A stretch of 51,190 nucleotides of DNA from Planctomycetota bacterium (GCA_036770065.1 DAIPJX010000001.1:1-51190); one strand, 5' to 3'. Numbered from the stretch's first letter, positions 28,374 through 36,090 are shown. The notes: generated by a model from the sequence alone, not told the origin. A program made the numbers and translations.

Positions 28374-28417
28374 AAAAAAAACGCCAACGACCGCTGTTTC
28401 GACAGCGAACGTTGGCG
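28374..28417 (-). terminator. Rho-independent terminator after DAHP synthase
   Basis: On the minus strand: CGCCAACG...CGTTGGCG with inner stem CGCTGT/ACAGCG, followed by T8. Confidence 0.7.
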
Positions 28418-28443
28418 GGATATGAGCGGTTGCGCCGTTTTCG

Positions 28444-29823
28444 TCAGAATCTTCCGGACGTTTTGTGCGGTGGGGGCGGCGGGGCTGTTTTGACCATGTG
28501 TTCGGAAAAGGCGAAAGCGAGTTCAAGCGACTGGGACGCGTTCAATCGCGGATCGCATTGGGTGTCGTAGTTGCAGGACAGATCTTCCACCCGGTCGGAG
28601 CCGCCCAGGCACTCGGTCACGTTTTTCCCGGTCATTTCCAAATGGATTCCGCCTGGATGCACGGATTCTTCACGACATACGTCGACGAAAATTTTGGCTT
28701 CGTTCAGGATGTCCGTGAACATGCGTGTTTTGACGCCGTTTTCGTCATTTTTCGGATTGCCGTGCATTGGGTCGACCATCCACAGGATTTCGCGTCCGGT
28801 GTGTTTCAGTCCCCGAATCAAATTGGTATAGACATCGGTCGCTTTTTCCACGCCGGCGCGGAGGATGAGGGTGATTTTGCCTTTTTCGTTGGACGGGTTC
28901 AGGCGTTCGATCAGGCGTTCGATATCGCCCGCGTTCGCGCCCGGTCCGCATTTAATGCCGACGGGATTGATAACGCCGCGCAGAAATTCCACCTGCGGGC
29001 TGTCGATACCCCGGGTTCGTTCACCAAGCCACAAAAAATGCGCGGAAGTCGCGACCGGATCGCCCGTCAGGCTGTCGTTTCTCGCGAGCGCTTCCTCGTA
29101 CGGCAGAAACAGCGCTTCGTGCGAAGCGTAGTAGTCCACTTTTTGGGCGGACGGCATCATTTCCGGCGCTTCGGGTTGTGCGTATGCGCGCATGACGCCG
29201 AGGGTTTTGTTGATGTTGTGGACGAGCGATTCGTATTTTACCCGCACCGCCGACGTGCCGACGAAGTCGAGGAGCCAGCGTCCCGCGCGGAACAGGTCGG
29301 CGTAGCCGCCGCTGGCAAAGGCGCGGAGGAGGTTCAATGTGGCGGCGGACTGGAAGTAGGCGCGAATCATTCGCTCGGGGTCGGGCTTTCTTGCGTCGGC
29401 TGTCGCTTCGAACCCATTGATCATGTCGCCGCGATAGGTTAAGATGGGCTGGCCGTCGACTGTTTCCGTCGTCGAACTGCGCGGTTTCGAAAATTGTCCC
29501 GCGACCCGCCCGATTTTCACCACCGGTTTTTCGCCGACAAAGGTGATGATAAGCGCCATTTGCAGCAGGACGCGGAAGGTGTCGCGGATGTTTTGTGTAT
29601 TGAAATCGGCGAATGTTTCTGCACAATCGCCGCCTTGGAGGACAAACCCCTGGCCTTGCGCCGATTCGGCGAGCGAGCTTTTGAGTTGCCGCACTTCGCC
29701 CGCGAACACCAGCGGCGGATAGGTCTTCAAGTGTTCCTCGGCATCGCGCAGCGCTGCCATGTCGGGGTATTCGGGAATGTGCAACAACGGTTTTGAACGC
29801 CAACTGCCTCGTGACCAGGACAT
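28444..29823 (-). CDS. Class II 3-deoxy-7-phosphoheptulonate (DAHP) synthase
   Basis: WSRGSWRSKPLLHIPEYPD...PPLVFAGEVRQL...GFVLQGGDCAETF, the class II (plant/Mtb-type) signature. AGGAGA lies 5 nt upstream of the ATG. Confidence 0.9.
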   Translation of the reverse strand: MSWSRGSWRSKPLLHIPEYPDMAALRDAEEHLKTYPPLVFAGEVRQLKSSLAESAQGQGFVLQGGDCAETFADFNTQNIRDTFRVLLQMALIITFVGEKPVVKIGRVAGQFSKPRSSTTETVDGQPILTYRGDMINGFEATADARKPDPERMIRAYFQSAATLNLLRAFASGGYADLFRAGRWLLDFVGTSAVRVKYESLVHNINKTLGVMRAYAQPEAPEMMPSAQKVDYYASHEALFLPYEEALARNDSLTGDPVATSAHFLWLGERTRGIDSPQVEFLRGVINPVGIKCGPGANAGDIERLIERLNPSNEKGKITLILRAGVEKATDVYTNLIRGLKHTGREILWMVDPMHGNPKNDENGVKTRMFTDILNEAKIFVDVCREESVHPGGIHLEMTGKNVTECLGGSDRVEDLSCNYDTQCDPRLNASQSLELAFAFSEHMVKTAPPPPPHKTSGRF

Positions 29824-29834
29824 TGTATTCTCCT

Positions 29835-31142
29835 ATGAAATTACTCCATATTAAACCACTCGCAAAGCGGCTTGACTGTACTCTGAGCGTCCCCGGCTCC
29901 AAAAGCCTTTCCAACCGAGCCCTTCTTCTCGCCGCAGTGGCGGAGGGGGAATCGATTCTTGACCATATTCCCGATTCGGACGATATCCAGGCCGCGCTTT
30001 CCGCGCTTCGCGGTTTGGGCGTTCCGGTTTTGAATCCGTCCGCCGGGCGGTATGTCGTGCATGGGCACGGCCTTGCGTTTCCCGTGCGGTCCGGCGAATT
30101 GGATATTCGTTCGTCCGGCACTGTCGGTCGCTTCCTGACCGGGCTTCTCGCCGCCGCGCCGGCCGGAAGCTGGCGAGTTGCGGCGACCGATCAGCTTGCC
30201 CGTCGTCCCATTGGTCCTCTTCTGGACGCATTGGGCGCGTGGGGCGCCGACATCCGGCGGGAGAACGCCGAGCGCTCGTTTCCGCTGTTGGTGAACGGGA
30301 CCGGGTTGTCCGGCGGGGCCGTGGCCATTTCCGCAGCAAAGTCGAGCCAATTCGCCAGCGGCATTCTGCTGGCGGCGCCGCTTTCGTCCCGTCCGTCGGT
30401 CGTTGCCATTACGGACATCGATCCGGAAGAATGCTATATCGATCTCACGCTTGACCTGATGCATTCGTTCGGCGTCCGGACCGAAACGGAAAAAGCGCCC
30501 GGAACGCAAACCGTGTTCATCAATCCGCAGCCGTACCGCGCGTGTTCCCTGGTGATGGAGGCCGATTTCAACAGCGCCAATTATTTCCTCGCCCTTCCGC
30601 TTCTTGTCGGAGGCTGCGTGACGGTCGCGAATCTTTCCGCGCATTCGGGACAGCCGGGGGCGAAATTCATTTCGGTTCTGGAGCGCCTCGGCGGCATGAT
30701 CGAGAACGCGGGCGGCGGCGTTTCCGTTTCCGGAACGGGCGAGACGCTTCGCGGCGGTTTCACTCTCGATATGCGCGCCATGTCGGAGATGGCCCTGACG
30801 CTTGGCGTTCTCGCCGTGTTTGCCGACGGTCCCGTCACCATGACGAACATTGCGCATATTCGCGGCCACGAGACAGATCGCATTGATGCGCTCGTCAAAC
30901 AACTTGCCCGGCTCGGCGTTCACTGCGACGAGGGTTCGGATTGGGTAACTATTCATCCGTTGCCGCGTTCCAGCATAGCGTCCTGCGTTGTCGATTCGTG
31001 CGGCGATCACCGTATTGCCATGTCGCTTGCAATCCTCGGCCTTGCCGCGAACGGCCTGTCCATCACGAATCCCGACGCGGTCGGGAAAACTTTCCCCGGC
31101 TTTTTCGATTGCCTGTCCGTCGCCGGTGCGGTTGTTTCATGA
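29835..31142 (+). CDS. aroA: 3-phosphoshikimate 1-carboxyvinyltransferase (EPSP synthase)
   Basis: MKLLHIKPLAKRLDCTLSVPGSKSLSNRALLLAAVAEG..., ...DHRIAMSLAILGL. Confidence 0.9.
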   Translation: MKLLHIKPLAKRLDCTLSVPGSKSLSNRALLLAAVAEGESILDHIPDSDDIQAALSALRGLGVPVLNPSAGRYVVHGHGLAFPVRSGELDIRSSGTVGRFLTGLLAAAPAGSWRVAATDQLARRPIGPLLDALGAWGADIRRENAERSFPLLVNGTGLSGGAVAISAAKSSQFASGILLAAPLSSRPSVVAITDIDPEECYIDLTLDLMHSFGVRTETEKAPGTQTVFINPQPYRACSLVMEADFNSANYFLALPLLVGGCVTVANLSAHSGQPGAKFISVLERLGGMIENAGGGVSVSGTGETLRGGFTLDMRAMSEMALTLGVLAVFADGPVTMTNIAHIRGHETDRIDALVKQLARLGVHCDEGSDWVTIHPLPRSSIASCVVDSCGDHRIAMSLAILGLAANGLSITNPDAVGKTFPGFFDCLSVAGAVVS

Positions 31143-31928
31143 GGCGCAGGCGTTGGCGGTTTCCGTCCCGGTTTCTTCCAATTGATTTTCCAATTTCGTC
31201 AATTCATCGATAAGGCGCTTTCGTATGACGTTGGCGTGGGGATTGCCTTTTTCGATAGTCAGGAACAGATCCCACGAGTCCGACAGGACGATAGACGCGA
31301 ATTCCTGCAACTTTTCATACGCTCTGGTTGCCATTGGCGAGGGTTCCAGCCCGATTTCCCTGAGCGCCCGACTCATGAAATGCGTCATTGCCTGCACTTT
31401 CGCCATTTCCCGGTCGTGCGCGTCGGGGGTGGTTTTGAGGACGAGAAGCCGCAGTTCGTCGGTCAGAAAATCGCAAACTTTGTAGTAGCGTTCTTGCCCG
31501 ATGCGAACGGGACAGAGCGCAATGCGCAGGCTGGCAATGCCGTTTTTCCCGGACTGCGGCCCGAAAAGCGGGTGCGTTCCGAGCAGGTCGGCGTGTTCGG
31601 GAATATGTTGGGAGAGAATCGAGAGCGGAGTAACCTTGACCGAGGTCACATCGGCGACCAGCGCTCCCGGTTTAATGAAGGGGGCCGCTTCGACAACCGC
31701 CTGTTCGAGCGATGCGAGGGGAACGGCGAAGATGACGATATCGCATTGCGCCGTTTCGGCCAGGGTTCCGCGAACGATGGCGGAGGCGCCGTCCTGTTCC
31801 ATCACTTCATTTGTCGGGTAGTTGTTGTCATGTCCGAGCACATCGTAATACCGGGCCATGTATTTGGCGAGAAACCGTCCGAACGCTCCCAGCCCGATGC
31901 ACCCGAGTGACTTGCGTGCGGTTGACAT
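31137..31928 (-). CDS. tyrA: Prephenate/arogenate dehydrogenase
   Basis: GLGAFGRFLA nucleotide-binding motif, DVTSVK, GTHPLFGP. AAAGGAA lies upstream of the ATG. Confidence 0.85.
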   Translation of the reverse strand: MSTARKSLGCIGLGAFGRFLAKYMARYYDVLGHDNNYPTNEVMEQDGASAIVRGTLAETAQCDIVIFAVPLASLEQAVVEAAPFIKPGALVADVTSVKVTPLSILSQHIPEHADLLGTHPLFGPQSGKNGIASLRIALCPVRIGQERYYKVCDFLTDELRLLVLKTTPDAHDREMAKVQAMTHFMSRALREIGLEPSPMATRAYEKLQEFASIVLSDSWDLFLTIEKGNPHANVIRKRLIDELTKLENQLEETGTETANACAS

Positions 31929-31963
31929 GATCGTTCCTTTCAGTGTGTTTTCGTTTTTCGAAA

Positions 31964-31988
31964 CAAAAAAAACCGGCCTTTGGGCCGG
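31964..31988 (-). terminator. Intrinsic terminator between the leader ORF and tyrA (attenuator terminator)
   Basis: On the minus strand: CCGGCC-CAAA-GGCCGG followed by T9. It ends 36 nt before the tyrA ATG. Confidence 0.7.
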
Positions 31989-32018
31989 TCGGAAAGTGAA
32001 TCAGCTTATGTATTGTTT

Positions 32019-32096
32019 CTACATATCGCCGTCGCTTTTCCTCCCGGAAAAGAAGCTGAAATACCGACGGTAAAAGTAATACGATGAACGCTGCAT
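32019..32096 (-). CDS. Candidate Tyr/Phe-rich leader peptide (25 aa) of a tyrA attenuator
   Basis: MQRSSYYFYRRYFSFFSGRKSDGDM. Codons 6-16 contain 4 Tyr and 4 Phe. It sits between a candidate promoter and the terminator upstream of tyrA. Confidence 0.55.
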   Translation of the reverse strand: MQRSSYYFYRRYFSFFSGRKSDGDM

Positions 32097-32135
32097 TTTT
32101 TCTCGTCCTTTGCCAGCTTGGCGGCGAATATGAGA

Positions 32136-32163
32136 AGTGTATGGTGAATCCCGGCAAATGCAA
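32136..32163 (-). promoter_or_regulatory. Candidate sigma70 promoter for the leader-tyrA transcript
   Basis: On the minus strand: TTGCAT (32163-32158), 16-nt spacer, TACACT (32141-32136). A T-rich tract lies immediately upstream. Confidence 0.4.
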
Positions 32164-32165
32164 AC

Positions 32166-32203
32166 AAAAAAATGCGGCATGCCGCTTGGCTTCGGCATGC
32201 CGC
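32166..32203 (-). terminator. Strong orphan intrinsic terminator with no annotated gene upstream
   Basis: On the minus strand: GCGGCATGCCG-aagccaag-CGGCATGCCGC (perfect 11-bp stem), then A and T7. Confidence 0.75.
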
Positions 32204-32450
32204 CGCGCGTTGGGGTGGGGGAAAAGGAGATGGAGTTTGCCCACACGCGTACAACTAACAATTTAAACCACAATACGTTACATTGCCAAGCCCCCCCGCT
32301 TTTTCTTCTCTGTCTCTGTTTTTTACCTGTCGCGACGTTTGCCAATACCTCCGGGCGTGTTATGCGCGATGTGCGTTTCCGGGTGTAAACGGTGGGTGGT
32401 TGGACAGATAGCAAAAATTGATTTCGATGGATAACTAAAAGTATTAAAGT

Positions 32451-32478
32451 TTGCATCGATATATCCGTACAGTATAGT
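32451..32478 (+). promoter_or_regulatory. Candidate sigma70 promoter for the small charged-protein gene
   Basis: TTGCAT (32451-32456), 16-nt spacer, TATAGT (32473-32478). Confidence 0.5.
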
Positions 32479-32520
32479 ATAAGGGAGTGCGGCGCTGTAG
32501 TGCATGGATGGAGACCAGCG

Positions 32521-32850
32521 ATGAGTATTGGTGCAATTCAAGACAATTTGGTGAAAACGAGTCTTGTGCAGCAGACTCAATCGAAGGGCGACGATGTCCT
32601 GCGCGGTCAGGAGATCGGCCAGGTCGCATCGCAGAAGGAACATGACCGCCAGCAGGATCAGGTTGTATTGCAGCTTAGGCAAAAAGAGGAGCACGGCATT
32701 CGCCGTGACGAAGAGCGCGACAAGGAAGGCGAAAAAAAGCGTCGCCAGGACGAACAGGACGAAGGCGACAAGAAAAAACCCAAGGACGACGAGCCCGAGG
32801 AAGAGAGCGGCGCACGTGCCCGTATGCGAACGATTAATATCATCGTTTAG
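32521..32850 (+). CDS. Hypothetical small, highly charged (K/E/D/Q-rich) protein, 109 aa
   Basis: The ATG at 32521 follows GGAGA with 6-nt spacing. MSIGAIQDNLVKTSLVQQTQ..., then a long DEERDKEGEKKRRQDEQDEGDKKKPKDDEPEEE tract. Confidence 0.5.
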   Translation: MSIGAIQDNLVKTSLVQQTQSKGDDVLRGQEIGQVASQKEHDRQQDQVVLQLRQKEEHGIRRDEERDKEGEKKRRQDEQDEGDKKKPKDDEPEEESGARARMRTINIIV

Positions 32851-33280
32851 CTTCTATAAGCGAACGCAACCCCCCGTTTTCTATAAAGAGCGCAAGTTCC
32901 TCCATATTCTCCACAACCGCATCGGAGAGGTAGCGAATCACCCAGTTCAAGCGCAGTCCCGACACCGCCACAACAACGGCGCCGGCATGATGGGCGTTCC
33001 ACAGTTCGATAGCGGTTCCCATACTGGCTTCCGGCACGAATGCAATGAGCACGTCCGTTTTTCCCGCCCTGTCCATCAAGTCGAAAAAAGCCCCTGCCGC
33101 TTTTGCGTCATCGTATCCGATGCTGTCGGGGTATTCTTCCACCGGATCGAATATGGAAGAGCCGGGAAACGCGGCGGCCAGCATTTTTCCAATCCGTCGC
33201 CGATACTCTTGCGGGTGCGCGCTGTCGGGAAGCGACCCCTGTATGATGCCTGCGATAAAAAATTGTAAAGCCTTGGACAT
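32840..33280 (-). CDS. Nucleoside 2-deoxyribosyltransferase-like fold protein (tentative)
   Basis: FFIAGIIQGS...DVLIAFVPEASMGTAIELWNAHHAGAVVVAV resembles the NDT-like Rossmann pattern with a conserved Glu. Recognised from memory only. Confidence 0.5.
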   Translation of the reverse strand: MSKALQFFIAGIIQGSLPDSAHPQEYRRRIGKMLAAAFPGSSIFDPVEEYPDSIGYDDAKAAGAFFDLMDRAGKTDVLIAFVPEASMGTAIELWNAHHAGAVVVAVSGLRLNWVIRYLSDAVVENMEELALFIENGGLRSLIEAKR

Positions 33281-33393
33281 GCACCCTCCCTTCCATATAT
33301 AATGTACTCTTATTATAGTGCCTCTTGTCGGGACGGCAAGCGTTCCGCTGGCGCATTATCACGATGAGGGACGTTTTTTAGAGGAGAATCGCA

Positions 33394-34953
33394 ATGCCAG
33401 TCAAACCGGTAGTGCTTATTATTCGGGATGGATGGGGATACAACCCCAATCCGAAAGGCAATTCGGTGTGCGCCGCCCGCACGCCGGTCATAGACGGATT
33501 GAAGGCGCGGTACCCCTGGACGCTTCTGGACGCATCCGGCGAAGCGGTCGGTTTGCCGGACGGGTATCAAGGTTCGTCCGAGGTCGGACACCTCAATATG
33601 GGTGCGGGGCGCATTGTGATTCAGGAGCTGAAACGCATTGACGACGGACTCAGGGACGGCACCCTGTTCGACACCGTCGAATGGAAGCGCCTGATGAAGA
33701 ACTGGAAGGACAACAACAGTTCCTTCCATACCTTTGGCTTGTTGCAGGACGAGGGTGTGCATGCGCACCAGGAGCATTTGTTCAAGATTCTGCGCCGCGC
33801 CCGCCAGGAGTTTCCGGCGGGAAAAATAGTCGTTCATCCGTTTCTTGACGGGCGCGACACTCCGCCGAGATCGTGCGCGGAATATATCGCCAAGCTGGAA
33901 AAGGTTCTGGCCGAGATTGGCAATGCAAGCATAGGCACCGCCATGGGCCGGTATTACGCGATGGACCGTTCGAAAAATTACGATTTAACCGACATCGCCT
34001 ATGCGGCAATCGTCTCGGCCAAGGGCAAGAAGGGCAAGGATATTTTATCCGTCGTCAGTCAATCCTACGCCAACGACAAGACGCCCGACGGCACCGAGAT
34101 GGTTGACGAGTACATTCCGCCGCACATATTGGACGGGTACGCCGGGGTCGAGGACGGCGATTCGATTCTTCACACCAATTACCGTCAGGATCGGGCGATT
34201 CAATTGACCCAGGCGTTTGTCGAGCCGGATTATCCGGGGAAGCTGTCCGCGAAGCCGAAGGTGGCGTATGCCGGTTTGACCCGGTATTACGATTCGTTCA
34301 CCGCGTTTATGCTGGGCGCGATGGGTGCGGACGGCGGGATGGATCATTTATTGGGCGAGGTGGTCGCGGATGCCGGGTACAGGCAGCTTCGTTTGGCCGA
34401 GACGCAGAAGTTCCGCCATGTGACGTCGTTTTTCAACGGCAAGTCGACGACGCCGTACAAGAACGAGGATCAGGTTGAGGTGAAGGGCCGGTTCGATCCG
34501 GCGACGTTTGCGACGCATCCCGAGATGGAGGCGGAGTTCGTTACAGCGGAGATTTTGAGCCGCATTCACGACAATCCGTACAGGATGATCGTCATCAATT
34601 ACGCGAACGGCGACATGGTCGGGCATACAGGCGATCCGAAGGCGGCGCGGAAGGCGGTGGAAATGGTGGATCGTTCCATTGGCCAGATTGTTCCCAAGCT
34701 GCTTGAGCTTGACGCGGACATTCTGATCACGGCCGATCACGGCAATGCCGAGCAGATGGTTGATTACGAGACGGGCATGACCAAGACCAGCCATACGTTG
34801 TTTCCGGTGGAGTTGATTTATGTCGCCCGTTCGTCGTGGGACAAGAAGCTGGCGGAGCGCGGGATATTGTCGGATATCGCTCCGACCATGCTCAAGCTTC
34901 TGGAATTGAAGATTCCAAAGGAAATGACGTCCCGCGTATTGATTCAGGACTAG
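33394..34953 (+). CDS. gpmI: 2,3-bisphosphoglycerate-independent phosphoglycerate mutase
   Basis: VLIIRDGWGYNP..., GSSEVGHLNMGAGR, ...NYANGDMVGHTG..., ITADHGNAE. Confidence 0.95.
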   Translation: MPVKPVVLIIRDGWGYNPNPKGNSVCAARTPVIDGLKARYPWTLLDASGEAVGLPDGYQGSSEVGHLNMGAGRIVIQELKRIDDGLRDGTLFDTVEWKRLMKNWKDNNSSFHTFGLLQDEGVHAHQEHLFKILRRARQEFPAGKIVVHPFLDGRDTPPRSCAEYIAKLEKVLAEIGNASIGTAMGRYYAMDRSKNYDLTDIAYAAIVSAKGKKGKDILSVVSQSYANDKTPDGTEMVDEYIPPHILDGYAGVEDGDSILHTNYRQDRAIQLTQAFVEPDYPGKLSAKPKVAYAGLTRYYDSFTAFMLGAMGADGGMDHLLGEVVADAGYRQLRLAETQKFRHVTSFFNGKSTTPYKNEDQVEVKGRFDPATFATHPEMEAEFVTAEILSRIHDNPYRMIVINYANGDMVGHTGDPKAARKAVEMVDRSIGQIVPKLLELDADILITADHGNAEQMVDYETGMTKTSHTLFPVELIYVARSSWDKKLAERGILSDIAPTMLKLLELKIPKEMTSRVLIQD

Positions 34954-35134
34954 CCCCTGTTTGAAGTGTCCCGTGATTGCCGTGTCGTCATCAGAGAGCC
35001 GCCTTGAGAGAGAAAAACTTTCCCGAGAAAGGTTTTCTCCTTCGAAACGTTTCGCCGACGCCGGCATGACGATTCCAGGACGTTTCAGGCGGGGCCCGGG
35101 GAATGGTTTATCGTCTGTCTTTTCGGAGGAGAGC

Positions 35135-35779
35135 ATGGATTTTTTCGAAGTCGTTCGCAATCGGCGTTCATGCAGGCGTTTTAGCGACAGGCCGGTTTCG
35201 GGGAAGGATATCGAGACATGCCTGGAGGCGGCGCGCCGCGCGCCAAGCGCCACGAATTCCCAGCCATGGCGCTTTCTGGTTGCGCGTGCGCCCGAGCTTC
35301 GCGCAGCGCTTGTCGAGGCGGGGTATGGACAGCCGGTATTGAAGGAGGCTCCGGTCATTACGGTGCTGTTGGGGGATCGGGGAGTATTCAAGAAGCGGTT
35401 GCGCCGCGCCAAGGAGTTGGCTGATATTGGCGCGTTGTCGGAGGAGACGCTGTCGGCGCTTGAGTCGCGGTATGGCGACGGCAAGGCCGACGGGGACAGG
35501 GAGTCGAACGACGTTGCCATTCGGGTCAATTGCATGTTGGCGGGCGAGCATTATGTGTTGGCGGCGACGGCGTTGGAGTTGGGATGCTGCTGGATTGGTT
35601 TTTTTGATTCGGAGAAAATCGGTCAGGCGTTGAATCTTGATCCGAAGTTCAATTTTCCGATTGCATTGTTGCCGACGGGGTATCCGGCGGAGTCGATGCC
35701 TCCGCGTCCGCGGTATAGCATTTCGGATATTGCGTGGAAGGACGAGGTCAATCGTCCGTGGACGCCTGGTACGGTGTGA
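35135..35779 (+). CDS. Nitroreductase family protein
   Basis: MDFFEVVRNRRSCRRFSDRPV...APSATNSQPWRFLV. GGAGGAG lies upstream of the ATG at 35135. Confidence 0.85.
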   Translation: MDFFEVVRNRRSCRRFSDRPVSGKDIETCLEAARRAPSATNSQPWRFLVARAPELRAALVEAGYGQPVLKEAPVITVLLGDRGVFKKRLRRAKELADIGALSEETLSALESRYGDGKADGDRESNDVAIRVNCMLAGEHYVLAATALELGCCWIGFFDSEKIGQALNLDPKFNFPIALLPTGYPAESMPPRPRYSISDIAWKDEVNRPWTPGTV

Positions 35780-35812
35780 GTTTTTCCGTTCCTATTGTTG
35801 AAAGGGAATGTC

Positions 35813-36079
35813 ATGTCGGCGAATTCGGGTGAATGTTTTGATGAGAGCGATGAGTTTTACACGCTTGTTCCCGAGCAGGGATTGTGTTTGATTGGCGACA
35901 CCATTATCAATTTGCGCAAGGTTGCGGTGGTTCGCAAGCAGGGCGGCCAGACGGTGGTATATTATTCTGGCGGCCAGTCGGTTTCGTTGCCGGGACCGGT
36001 GTTTGACCGCATTCGGGACGCTGTGTTTTCGGTTGACGACTTCGACGATGAAGAGGAAGAGGAAATCGACGAGGACTGA
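35813..36079 (+). CDS. Hypothetical small protein with poly-acidic C-terminus (88 aa)
   Basis: MSANSGECFDESDEF...VDDFDDEEEEEIDED. No family recognised. Confidence 0.45.
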   Translation: MSANSGECFDESDEFYTLVPEQGLCLIGDTIINLRKVAVVRKQGGQTVVYYSGGQSVSLPGPVFDRIRDAVFSVDDFDDEEEEEIDED

Positions 36080-36090
36080 TTTGGTTGCGT

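Noticed and set aside
32205-32260. ACGCGUGUGGGCAAACUCC on the minus strand resembles the ACGCACAGGGCAAACC start of the c-di-GMP-I (GEMM-I) riboswitch, and a terminator follows.
   Set aside because: The sequence after GGGCAAAC is a pyrimidine tract with no GNRA-capped hairpin and no second ACGCAAAGCC motif, so the two-hairpin GEMM-I architecture cannot be drawn. A cmscan would settle it.
32019-32456. A 145-aa minus-strand ORF that is in frame with the Tyr/Phe leader peptide and reads through the 32166-32203 terminator hairpin.
   Set aside because: It has no SD or plausible start and a nonsensical composition, and it spans a strong terminator and a promoter. Only the last 25 codons, which have their own ATG, are considered meaningful.
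32166-32460. Checked the orphan non-coding region for tmRNA, RNase P RNA, SRP RNA, 6S RNA and a Tyr T-box leader.
   Set aside because: By eye I found none of the following:
- a tRNA-like 3' end or CCA
- GAGGAAAGUCC
- the SRP GGAA/AGCAGCC motif
- a GGGUGGUACCGCG T-box sequence

The region is also too short for RNase P or tmRNA.
35010-35039. A 13-position hairpin with one mismatch (GAGAAAAACTTTC-CCGA-GAAAGGTTTTCTC) between gpmI and the nitroreductase gene.
   Set aside because: It has no U-tract and no second copy or recognisable motif. It may be a weak terminator or stabiliser for gpmI and is not distinctive enough to report as a finding.
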